Source: Candidatus Saccharimonadota bacterium
GTDB taxonomy: Bacteria > Patescibacteriota > Gracilibacteria > UBA1369 > 2-02-FULL-48-14
Direction of reading: 5' to 3'
Length of the DNA: 32,000 bases
NCBI GenBank assembly: GCA_965230905.1
Contig: OZ246396.1
Span: 600,001-632,000 of the forward strand
Of this stretch, positions 1 through 7,785 are shown one piece after another. The notes under the pieces are model-generated. The model made no database searches. It saw only the letters and a program-made list of their open reading frames with translations, and was not told the origin of the DNA. Position 1 is the stretch's first letter. Each line of letters starts with the position of its first letter. The position numbers and the translations under genes were made by a program.

Positions 1-3000
1 TTAATGACACCAATGTTACAAAAGATATTTTCGCGCTTGGAGCTGCGACGGTGATTGCGGGAACCTTGCAAGTCACCAGCTCAGAATTCCAGCAAGGTTT
101 ATACGACCTAACAGCAGTGACGCTTCTTGTTGACGGCGGTACGCTTACCGGGAGTTCTTCCAGCTCATTCGTAATAACGGTATCGGGCAATGCGACGATT
201 TCCTCAGGAACGGCCAATATCGGGGCTGCGGCAATAGATGTTTTTGGAACGCTCACCATTTCGGGCGGTACATATAACGGGAATACGTCTTGGGGACAAA
301 TCATCAACCTTGCGCTTTCTTCGGGTGCCTACAATGGGAATACCTCAACGCCGACTCTTATTTTCGTCACGATTTCGGGCGGTACGTTCACGGCATCGTC
401 TGCTACCACCACTGTGGGTGGAGACTGGACGCACACGGCTGGTGGAACGTTTGTTCATAACTCAGGAACGGTGGCCTTTACGGGAGGGGGCGCAAACATC
501 AACGTTACAGAAACGGAAACCTTCTCGGGACTCACCATCAGTAAAGATGATAATACTCTAACGATCGCTTCTGGTGACACGCTGGTAGCAGAGGGAACAC
601 TCACGTTGAGTAATGGCTATTGGCAAACGGGAACACTCGTTGCACAAGGAAACATTGTGGTGGGTGCTAGCTGGGATGCTGCAGGAGCTAGCACATTAAA
701 CGTGACCGGAAGCGCGACACAAACACTTGACCTTTCCGCAGGTGCAGGACTGCTCGATAATCCTGTTACAGTGAACAAGGCTGGCGGAAGTCTTACTCTT
801 GCCTCTGCCTACACGCTCGACCATGCGAATGCAGACTTTACGCTCACGCTCGGCACTTTCTCCACGGGCAACTTTACGATGACCACATCATCAGGATCAG
901 ATATCGCGGTGAATGGCGGTACGTTCAACGCAGGTTCTTCCACCATGACTCTTGCAGGATTGATGACGGTTGCTGGCGGTACCTACAACGGTAACACCTC
1001 TTCCGGGACTACTTCTGGCGCCTTCCTTCTTTCGTCAGGTGCCTACAACGGCAACACTTCAACCCCAACATTCTCGGGAGGTCTCACTATTTCTGGTGGA
1101 GTGTTTACTGCAAGTTCAGGAACCATGACCGTGTCTGCGAATTTTGCTCACACGGCAGGAACCTTCACTCATAACTCAGGAACGGTTGCGTTCAACAACT
1201 CCGGAGTCACTTCTACTATTTCCGGGGACAGCACTTTCTATAATTTCACTTCCACTACGGCAAACAAACCCATCACCTTCACAGCAGGAACCACGCAAAC
1301 CGTTTCTGGATTACTCACGCTCACGGGAACTTCTGGCAATTTGATTGTTCTCCGCAGCACCGTTACGGACAGTGTTTGGAATTTGAATGTTTCCGGGACC
1401 AGTTCAGTGGATTATGTGAACGTTCGTGACTCCAATGCAGCCGGGGGAAATGCAATCACCCATGCGGTCGCCGCATCCAGGTCTGTTAACGTAGCGAACA
1501 ATACTAATTGGAGCTTCAATGCGGCGCCTACGGTGGCCACGGTTACGGCTGTACAAAGCAGCGCTGGAGATGGAGACATTACGATTACTTTCATCATGGA
1601 CGACCCAGACGATGACAACACTCTTCAGGGGAAAGTGGAATACAGTTTGAACGGAGGAAGCAGCTGGGCAGACCCTACTATCAGCACGACTGGCAGTGAA
1701 ACGTCTGCCACTTTTGGCGACCCTTCGGTGAGCAATGCAGCGACCTACCAAGTGGGACAAAGCGGTGCGTATATTTTAAGCTCCAGCGGCGCTAACACGG
1801 TTACTATTGTGTGGGAGTCTGCAACGGACATCGCCAGCTCTACTGATATTTCTAATGCTCGTATTCGTATTACGCCTTACGATGGCGTTGCGGAAGGCAC
1901 CGCCTCCAGCAGTTCCAACTTTACTTTAGATCGCGTTGGGCCAAGCGGACTTGCAAACTTTAGACATACCGATTTCTCAAATAGTCAGGTGGTTTTGTCT
2001 TGGACTGCAAGTACCGATACCAACTTCAATCACTATGAAATTTGGTCTGGAGTTACTGAAAGCCAGGTTATTGCACGGAGCGGCAGTGCAGTGGAATGGG
2101 ATAACGATAACGATGCTACGCTCACCACGGCCAGCACCGCTAGAACCACCATCAACAATACCGATCCCCGCAACAAGTTCTTTAAGATCTTCGCGGTGGA
2201 CAATTATGGTAATGAATTGACGCTAGCGACTTACTATTTAAGTGGAGGAACCACGTCTAGTTCTAGCAGCTCATCTTCTGGAGGCGGAGGAGGTGGTGGA
2301 GGTTCTTCATCTAGCTCCAATGACGATGAAGAGGAAGAAGAGGAGGAAGAGATTGTTGAAGAAGAGGAGGAGGAAGTAACCGACGAAGAAGAAACCGAAG
2401 AGGAAGAGGAGGAAGAAGTGAATATCTGGGAAGAATTCGACGTTCAGGTGGATGAAGACCAGTGGTCCAATGGGTACGTTAAGTATTTGGCTGAAGAAAC
2501 GAATATCATTGAAGTGGCGGTGAGCCAGCCCACTTTCTTGGACATCCTTACCTCTATTCTTAGTACTCCCAATGAAGCAATGCCACGTGGAAACGCTCTT
2601 GAATTCTTGTTGGTGCTGGCTGGCTATTCACTAGATACCATGACGGTGAATGTACGTTCCATTGCCTTTGAAGATGTTTCTTTGGCAGATGACCAGGCAG
2701 GGTTTATACAGTTTGCGTATGAGCAAAGACTTATACAAGGTTACCCAGATGGAACTTTCCAGACAGATAGAATCGTGAACCGTGCAGAGGCACTCAAACT
2801 GTGTTCATACTTCTTTGAAGGAGATTGGACCCATGAGCTTTATGGGGATGATCTTTTGGCGCTGTATGACCTTACAGAAAATCCCTTCACGGATGTGGAC
2901 TTGAACGCTTGGTACGCTCCGTATTTAATCAATGCTTATGCAAAGGGAGTGGTGAGTGGGTATGGGGATGGCACCTTTGGTCCGGGCAATGAGGTTACCT

Positions 3001-3077
3001 ATGCTGAGTTCCTAAAGATTGCCACTCTGATGCAAAACATTGAAGAAGCCGTTGAGATGGCTGAGGAACTACAGTAA
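1..3077 (+). CDS. Large secreted surface protein, 5'-truncated by the window edge. It has Gly/Thr/Asn/Ser-rich beta-helix-like repeats, an FN3-like domain, a Ser/Gly/Glu linker and three C-terminal SLH-like wall-binding repeats.
   Basis: The frame stays open from nt 3 to the left edge, so the track's GTG at 51 is not the true start. The module GGTYNGNTS..SGAYNGNTSTPT..HNSGTVAF occurs twice. 'VLSWTASTDTNFNHYEIW' looks FN3-like. The C-terminus carries 'FEDV..GYPDGTFQ..RAEALK' and 'FTDV..GYGDGTFGP..YAEFLK' SLH signatures. Confidence 0.8.
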   Translation, partial: NDTNVTKDIFALGAATVIAGTLQVTSSEFQQGLYDLTAVTLLVDGGTLTGSSSSSFVITVSGNATISSGTANIGAAAIDVFGTLTISGGTYNGNTSWGQIINLALSSGAYNGNTSTPTLIFVTISGGTFTASSATTTVGGDWTHTAGGTFVHNSGTVAFTGGGANINVTETETFSGLTISKDDNTLTIASGDTLVAEGTLTLSNGYWQTGTLVAQGNIVVGASWDAAGASTLNVTGSATQTLDLSAGAGLLDNPVTVNKAGGSLTLASAYTLDHANADFTLTLGTFSTGNFTMTTSSGSDIAVNGGTFNAGSSTMTLAGLMTVAGGTYNGNTSSGTTSGAFLLSSGAYNGNTSTPTFSGGLTISGGVFTASSGTMTVSANFAHTAGTFTHNSGTVAFNNSGVTSTISGDSTFYNFTSTTANKPITFTAGTTQTVSGLLTLTGTSGNLIVLRSTVTDSVWNLNVSGTSSVDYVNVRDSNAAGGNAITHAVAASRSVNVANNTNWSFNAAPTVATVTAVQSSAGDGDITITFIMDDPDDDNTLQGKVEYSLNGGSSWADPTISTTGSETSATFGDPSVSNAATYQVGQSGAYILSSSGANTVTIVWESATDIASSTDISNARIRITPYDGVAEGTASSSSNFTLDRVGPSGLANFRHTDFSNSQVVLSWTASTDTNFNHYEIWSGVTESQVIARSGSAVEWDNDNDATLTTASTARTTINNTDPRNKFFKIFAVDNYGNELTLATYYLSGGTTSSSSSSSSGGGGGGGGSSSSSNDDEEEEEEEEIVEEEEEEVTDEEETEEEEEEEVNIWEEFDVQVDEDQWSNGYVKYLAEETNIIEVAVSQPTFLDILTSILSTPNEAMPRGNALEFLLVLAGYSLDTMTVNVRSIAFEDVSLADDQAGFIQFAYEQRLIQGYPDGTFQTDRIVNRAEALKLCSYFFEGDWTHELYGDDLLALYDLTENPFTDVDLNAWYAPYLINAYAKGVVSGYGDGTFGPGNEVTYAEFLKIATLMQNIEEAVEMAEELQ
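2256..2417 (+). repeat. Low-complexity coding tract forming the linker before the SLH anchor: Ser8-Gly8-Ser5-Asn-Asp2, then four Glu runs (8, 6, 3, 7).
   Basis: Direct translation of nt 2256-2417. Codons within each run are mixed synonymous (tct/agt/agc/tca; gga/ggc/ggt; gaa/gag). Confidence 0.9.
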
Positions 3078-3097
3078 GATAAGGGCAATAGAAGCCC

Positions 3098-4042
3098 ATG
3101 TCTCCACAAAAAAACCTCCGCATTTTCTCGGGCTCTTCTCATCCGGCACTGGCTAGCGCAATTGCAAAGGCCATGAAGCTGCCGCTTTCCAAAATGCACA
3201 TCTCCAGGTTTGCGTGTGGGGAAATTTATGCGAAGCCGGAGGAAACCGTACGTGGAATGGATGTGTTCATTGTGCAAACCTGCACCGGCGATGTGAACGA
3301 AGACTACATGCAACTCTTTATTATGATCGATGCGCTGAAGCGCTCTTTTGCGAAGGCGGTGCACGTGGTGATTCCGCATTATGGCTACGCCCGCCAAGAT
3401 CGTGTGGCGAGTCCGCGCGAGCCTATTTCTGCCAAGCTTATGGCGAGTTTGATTGCGGCGGCGGGGGCAGACCACGTGATTTCCATTCATTTTCACAGCG
3501 ACCAAACGCAGGGATTCTTCCCATTCCCGATGGACAATTTGAAGACCAAACGACTCTTCGCGGATTATTTGAAAAAGAAAAAACTCAAGAATGCGGTGAT
3601 TGTGGCGCCCGATGCGGGAGCTGCCAAAGAAGCCGGACGGCTCGCTGCTTTCCTGGATATGCCCCTGGCGATTTTGACCAAAGAACGACCTAGTTTCAAC
3701 GTCGCGGAAGTGACGAGCGTGGTGGGCGATGTGGAGGGCAAAACCTGTATTTTGGTGGATGACATGATTGATACCGCCGGATCGGTGGTGGCGGCGCACG
3801 CGGCGCTTTTGAAAAAGGGCGCGAACAAAGATATTTATTTGATGGCTACGCACGCGGTGTTTTCCGGGCCTGCCGTGGAGCGACTCAAGAAAACTCAGTT
3901 CAAGGAAGTCATTGTGACGGACACCGTTCCGCTACCAAAAGAAAAACAATTCAAAGGACTGGTGACGCTTTCTGTGGCGCCGATGCTGGCGAAAGTGATT
4001 CAGTGTGTGCACGAAGATAAATCCGTAACCGAGGTATTATGA
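3098..4042 (+). CDS. prs: Ribose-phosphate pyrophosphokinase (PRPP synthetase)
   Basis: 314 aa. N-terminus 'LRIFSGSSHPALA..IA', 'YARQDR', 'VIVAPDAGAAKEA', and the PRPP-binding loop 'ILVDDMIDTAGSV'. Confidence 0.95.
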   Translation: MSPQKNLRIFSGSSHPALASAIAKAMKLPLSKMHISRFACGEIYAKPEETVRGMDVFIVQTCTGDVNEDYMQLFIMIDALKRSFAKAVHVVIPHYGYARQDRVASPREPISAKLMASLIAAAGADHVISIHFHSDQTQGFFPFPMDNLKTKRLFADYLKKKKLKNAVIVAPDAGAAKEAGRLAAFLDMPLAILTKERPSFNVAEVTSVVGDVEGKTCILVDDMIDTAGSVVAAHAALLKKGANKDIYLMATHAVFSGPAVERLKKTQFKEVIVTDTVPLPKEKQFKGLVTLSVAPMLAKVIQCVHEDKSVTEVL

Positions 4043-4482
4043 AGGTTTACATCGGCGCAGACCATGCCGGGTTTCCGCTTAAGGAAACTTTGCGTGAAAG
4101 CATGAAAGCAGCGGGCTATGAAGTGATTGATCTCGGGACGTTTAGCGAAGAATCGGTGGATTACCCGGATTTGGCGCGGGAAGTGGGGGAGAAAGTGCGT
4201 GAGAACGGCGACAGCCGCGGCGTGCTGGTGTGTGGCACGGGAATTGGCGTAGCGATTGCGGCGAATAAACTCAAAGGAATCCGCGCGGCCAATGTGCACG
4301 ATGTGAATGAAGCCACGCTTTCACGCCAACACAACAACGCCAACATTGTTACCGTGGGCGCACGCACCACTGATCCAAAACTGGCGGACGAAATCGTAAA
4401 AACTTTCCTGGCCACGCCTTTTGAAGGCGGACGGCACCAAGCCCGAATCGATAAAATCACTGCCATTGAAGAACATGAATAA
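4039..4482 (+). CDS. rpiB: Ribose 5-phosphate isomerase B
   Basis: 147 aa. 'MKVYIGADHAGFPLKE' and 'GVLVCGTGIGVAIAANK'. ATGA overlap with the prs stop; GAGGT lies just upstream. Confidence 0.93.
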   Translation: MKVYIGADHAGFPLKETLRESMKAAGYEVIDLGTFSEESVDYPDLAREVGEKVRENGDSRGVLVCGTGIGVAIAANKLKGIRAANVHDVNEATLSRQHNNANIVTVGARTTDPKLADEIVKTFLATPFEGGRHQARIDKITAIEEHE

Positions 4483-5131
4483 TACAGCGCGGAGCGCTGC
4501 TGCTCCCCTCCAAATTGCCCCCTCCATTCTCTCTGCTGATTTCGGCCGTTTGAATGAGGAAATTGCGAGCATTGAACCCTACAGCGACATCATCAGTGTG
4601 GACGTGATGGATGGCCATTTTGTGCCCAACATCACGGTGGGCATGCCGGTGCTGAAGTGCATCAAAACCAAGCTGCCCATTGAATGCCATTTGATGATTG
4701 AGCATCCCGAAAAATATATTGAGGAATTTGCAAAAGCCGGGGCGAATATTATTTCCGTACACTATGAGGCGATGCTGGAAAATACGGCCGCGGTGCTCAC
4801 GCGCATCCGCGAACTCGGCTGCCAAGCGTCTTTGGCCATCAAGCCCGCGACGCCGGTTTTGGAGATCGAAAAATATTTGCCGCTCATGGATGCCGCAGTG
4901 GTGATGAGCGTGGAACCGGGTTTTGGAGGGCAGGCTTTTATGCCTGAGTCGCTCGAAAAAATCCGTCGTCTGCGCGAGCTGAAACCCGAGCTGGATATTA
5001 TTGTGGATGGAGGAATCAACGCTGAAACCGCCAAACTCGTGAGGGAGGCGGGTGCGAATATTCTAGTGGCTGGCTCCTTTATTTTTGGAGCGGCGGATCG
5101 TCGGGCTGCTATTGAGAGTCTCCGTGCTTGA
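4475..5131 (+). CDS. rpe: Ribulose-phosphate 3-epimerase
   Basis: 'IAPSILSADFGRL', 'SVDVMDGHFVPNIT', 'VMSVEPGFGGQAF' and 'VDGGIN'. I prefer the ATG at 4475 (8-nt overlap with rpiB) to the track's 4421, because family members begin about 10 aa before 'PSILSAD'. Confidence 0.92.
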   Translation: MNNTARSAAAPLQIAPSILSADFGRLNEEIASIEPYSDIISVDVMDGHFVPNITVGMPVLKCIKTKLPIECHLMIEHPEKYIEEFAKAGANIISVHYEAMLENTAAVLTRIRELGCQASLAIKPATPVLEIEKYLPLMDAAVVMSVEPGFGGQAFMPESLEKIRRLRELKPELDIIVDGGINAETAKLVREAGANILVAGSFIFGAADRRAAIESLRA

Positions 5132-5947
5132 GCGGACTTTTGCAAAAAAGCCGAGGTAAATAAAAGTGAAAAGGCCTAGTGCGCCAAAAAATATCCGAGC
5201 AATCAGCGCGGCTCTTTGATCTTCAGCTGAGCTGACGTCGAAGGGTATGAGCATTGGCAGTAGGGAAATGTAAGAAAGCACTGCTGCTCCGTAAATTCTT
5301 TTGAGTTTATCAACTTGCGTGCCAAGAGTTTTGTAGAATATTCCAAAACAAAAAGAGGCCAGTGCTAGGAGCCCCATTAGACCCAAGATTGCGTATTGAA
5401 AACCGGTGTAGTTTGGCACATCGGGAATTCTTTGAATGCAGCTGAATAGAAAAGTGAAGAGGCCAAGTATAAAGGTTCCCATGTAGTACCGAGTTTGCGG
5501 GTAGGCCACGTTGAGTGCCACCAAAGTACGAACTCCCAGTGAGAACCCAACGATAACATCAAATAGAAATAAAATTTCTAATGAAGCTTTTATTAATAAA
5601 TACCAGGACCCCAGTGCGTCGGTATTGAAGCAATAGAAAGAAACAGGGCAGCTGCTGTCGTAAGAGTTCCCGCGAAAATAATTGATGGAAAGCGATTCCC
5701 ACCCAGCCAGGTACGCCATGCCTGCAGCCAAAAGGCTTATTCCCAGCCAGCCTAAAAATATCCATTTACTAAACATGCAAATGAATGCAAAAAAAGCTAG
5801 GACGGCGGCAAAGATGGCGGAGGCCAATAAGTTTTCCCAGAGTATGTGCCCACTTTGCTGGCTAAAAAATAGTGTCATTGTAGCGAAACTCGTCAGGAAG
5901 ACCAGGAGAGGTGCCAAGATAAATTTTAGGAGTTTTGATTTGAACAT
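5063..5947 (-). CDS. Polytopic integral membrane protein, function unknown
   Basis: About 8 hydrophobic segments. I take the start at 'MFKSKLLKF' (ATG 5947), one nt after the TAA of the upstream DedA-like gene. The track's longer start (6115) would overlap that gene by 167 nt. Confidence 0.6.
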   Translation of the reverse strand: MFKSKLLKFILAPLLVFLTSFATMTLFFSQQSGHILWENLLASAIFAAVLAFFAFICMFSKWIFLGWLGISLLAAGMAYLAGWESLSINYFRGNSYDSSCPVSFYCFNTDALGSWYLLIKASLEILFLFDVIVGFSLGVRTLVALNVAYPQTRYYMGTFILGLFTFLFSCIQRIPDVPNYTGFQYAILGLMGLLALASFCFGIFYKTLGTQVDKLKRIYGAAVLSYISLLPMLIPFDVSSAEDQRAALIARIFFGALGLFTFIYLGFFAKVRSSTETLNSSPTIRRSKNKGASH

Positions 5948-5948
5948 T

Positions 5949-6605
5949 TTACTGAAGGTGAAATTTTTTCTTTTCGGTGTGAACCCAGAGCAGGCCACTA
6001 ATAAATACCACGGAAAACAGCGTGAGGAAAACCGGATCGGTGAAGGCTTGGCCGCTGCCCATGTAGGCAAGGCTGAAGGCACAGCCCACGTTAGCCACCA
6101 CCGTGACGGGCACAAAAACCGCAGCTTTAATTTTCGAAAACCCCAAGAAATATCCAGCGTAGTCGCCGGGAAAGCCTGGCAAAAAGCAGAGCACGAAATA
6201 CAGCAGAATGGCTTTTTCGGAAGCCAGCAGAGCGTCGTATTTATGTACGTTTTCTTCGGCTACAAAAACTTGTAAAATCTTACGTCCGTAGCGTCGGCCC
6301 AAAAAAAAGTTGATGCAATTTCCAAGCACGCGTGCAATCCAGAGCATGATGAAAGCGGGGAAGGTTCCATACACAAACCCGCCGGCCAGGCCTACCACGG
6401 TGTAGTTGAGAGGAAGCACCACGGTGCTCGCAATTCCGCAGAGTGTATAAAACAAAAACCCCCAATTGCCCCAGCTTATAATGAAGGCCTGAAGTTCTTG
6501 CTGGCTGGAAAATTTTTGCATCAGCAAATAAGGCACGACAAAAGCCATTAGGATGAAGAGTGTAACGCCGATTGCTATGAGTCGAGTCTTTTGGCGCATA
6601 TGCAA
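5949..6605 (-). CDS. DedA/TVP38-TMEM64 (VTT, 'SNARE-associated') family membrane protein
   Basis: 218 aa and multi-TM. The core 'LPLNYTVVGLAGGFVYGTFPAFIMLWIARVLGNCINFFLGRRYGRKIL' is typical of the family. Confidence 0.8.
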   Translation of the reverse strand: MHMRQKTRLIAIGVTLFILMAFVVPYLLMQKFSSQQELQAFIISWGNWGFLFYTLCGIASTVVLPLNYTVVGLAGGFVYGTFPAFIMLWIARVLGNCINFFLGRRYGRKILQVFVAEENVHKYDALLASEKAILLYFVLCFLPGFPGDYAGYFLGFSKIKAAVFVPVTVVANVGCAFSLAYMGSGQAFTDPVFLTLFSVVFISGLLWVHTEKKKFHLQ

Positions 6606-6669
6606 GGAATGTTACTTTTCAATTACCATCCGTGCAACACTGAAAAGTCAGAGTACATGAGCCGCATGC

Positions 6670-6698
6670 TTGACGGATACATTCTTTTGTTTTAAAGT
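6670..6698 (+). promoter_or_regulatory. Putative sigma70-type promoter TTGACG-17-TAAAGT for the 6717 gene
   Basis: The hexamers and 17-nt spacing were read directly. The downstream leader contains TCACCTCTA, also found upstream of the 8050 gene. Confidence 0.35.
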
Positions 6699-6716
6699 CA
6701 CCTCTAATCATTTCAA

Positions 6717-7391
6717 ATGAATAAGCATATTTCTTTGGATACTTTGGACCTTTTCCTCCAAGAGGAGGCGCCTCTGGATACTCCCGAAACGGTTTTATGC
6801 GAATTGTTGCGGGCTTACGACCGCTTGAAGGGAGTTGTTTCCCGTACGGATTTAGATGAGCTTCACAAGGTGATTCGAGGAGCTTATGAAAAAGTAGTGC
6901 CTATTCGTCCTATAAAGCCTCCTTTGGCAGGTGTCTCTGAGGCTATCCTAGAGGAGCTGGAGCTTCCTGAATTAGCGGCAAGAGTGTCTGAGATTATACT
7001 CAACGGAGATAGAGACCAGTGCAGTTGTTTGAGCTATAGCATAGGAATTAGCTCGCTGGATAGGGAGTCGTCTTTTTTTAATCACTATCTTCCTAAAAAT
7101 GGAAATCCTCCAGTGCCTGAACTGCTCGATGATTTACCCATGTGGTTAAAACTTTTCCTAAAGGATCACGAAGCTTGTCCTGAGCCTGTTAGAATGGAAT
7201 GGCGTTACTATGTGGGACTTCCCGACCATATTGGGGGGGCTCTAGATCGAGATGCCCTGTGCATTGTCTCTGCTGATTTTGACCCGCAGTGGATCCGTGA
7301 CTCTTTAAAAGATTTCGTTCACAGGCAGGCGACTCTTTTTGTTCCTGAAACAGAGGGCTGTTTGACCTGCGTAAGGCACACTCCATACTAA
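6717..7391 (+). CDS. Hypothetical cytoplasmic protein with scattered Cys pairs (CSC, C-x2-C)
   Basis: A 224-aa ORF with an ATG start and coding-like composition. I recognise no family motif. Confidence 0.5.
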   Translation: MNKHISLDTLDLFLQEEAPLDTPETVLCELLRAYDRLKGVVSRTDLDELHKVIRGAYEKVVPIRPIKPPLAGVSEAILEELELPELAARVSEIILNGDRDQCSCLSYSIGISSLDRESSFFNHYLPKNGNPPVPELLDDLPMWLKLFLKDHEACPEPVRMEWRYYVGLPDHIGGALDRDALCIVSADFDPQWIRDSLKDFVHRQATLFVPETEGCLTCVRHTPY

Positions 7392-7394
7392 AAA

Positions 7395-7412
7395 TGGTGA
7401 CCGTGGCAGGAG
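7395..7412 (-). repeat. Exact 18-nt copy of the tRNA-Arg 3' end (TGGTGACCGTGGCAGGAG on the + strand), 33 nt beyond the tRNA 3' end
   Basis: 7395-7412 is identical to 7446-7463. The similarity stops where the T-loop begins. Confidence 0.9.
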
Positions 7413-7445
7413 GACGCTCGCAAGCTCCTTTCGAGTTTCAAAATC

Positions 7446-7522
7446 TGGTGACCGTGGCAGGAGTCGAACCTGCGACCCTCAGCTCCGCAAGCTGATGCTC
7501 TATCCAACTGAGCTACACGATC
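7446..7522 (-). tRNA. tRNA-Arg, anticodon GCG, with CCA encoded
   Basis: The reverse complement folds as a cloverleaf. Acceptor GATCGTG/CACGGTC (one G-U). D arm GCTC-AGTTGGATA-GAGC. Anticodon arm TCAGC-TTGCGGA-GCTGA. Variable loop GGGTC. T arm GCAGG-TTCGACT-CCTGC. Discriminator A, then CCA. Confidence 0.93.
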
Positions 7523-7546
7523 ACGTGGGCGCATCCTAAGGGAAAA

Positions 7547-7575
7547 TTGTAAATTCTGCAAGGCTAGCTTAGAAT
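7547..7575 (+). promoter_or_regulatory. Putative promoter TTGTAA-17-TAGAAT ending 6 nt before the ATG at 7582 (leaderless geometry)
   Basis: Hexamers and spacing were read directly. No SD can fit in the 6-nt gap. Confidence 0.45.
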
Positions 7576-7581
7576 GAGCCC

Positions 7582-7785
7582 ATGGACACCGCTCCCGAAT
7601 CCCTACCGCAGCCAGAAAGAAAAGAAGTACCCCGTAAAGGAGAGATTCTTCGAGTTATGGATACAGACGAAATCCGCGGAGCGGGTGGTTTGGCTTTGCA
7701 TCATATTGATGAGGAGGGTGGAGTTTTGAGCGGAGGGGCGGATTACAGGGAGGACAAGATTGTTCGGATGCCGGTGGGGAGCTAA
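7582..7785 (+). CDS. Small hypothetical protein (67 aa), possibly the 5' part of a frameshifted gene
   Basis: An ATG start with a well-placed promoter. The ORF overlaps the next ORF (7760..8002), which lies in the +1 frame. Confidence 0.4.
   Translation: MDTAPESLPQPERKEVPRKGEILRVMDTDEIRGAGGLALHHIDEEGGVLSGGADYREDKIVRMPVGS

Noticed and set aside
2256-2417. Whether the repetitive GAA/GAG and GGN/TCN stretch is a non-coding tandem repeat or a CRISPR-like array
   Set aside because: It is in frame within a long ORF, has no repeat-spacer periodicity, and translates to homopolymer amino-acid runs. It is coding low complexity.
2999-3853. A 284-aa minus-strand ORF over prs
   Set aside because: It is antisense to an unambiguous PRPP synthetase and has a His/Arg-rich, shadow-like composition.
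4421-4474. An N-terminal extension of rpe starting at 4421
   Set aside because: It would overlap rpiB by 62 nt and add 18 residues not seen before the 'PSILSAD' core. The ATG at 4475 gives a typical short overlap.
5948-6115. An N-terminal extension of the membrane protein to 6115
   Set aside because: It would overlap the DedA-like gene by 167 nt in another frame. The ATG at 5947 sits 1 nt after the upstream stop, and the hydrophobic N-terminus begins there.
5682-6275. A 197-aa plus-strand ORF across the two membrane-protein genes
   Set aside because: It is antisense to two hydrophobic-protein genes that have a coherent TM pattern and tight stop/start coupling. Its Lys/Ala/Asn-rich sequence is the expected complement of Phe/Leu-rich codons.
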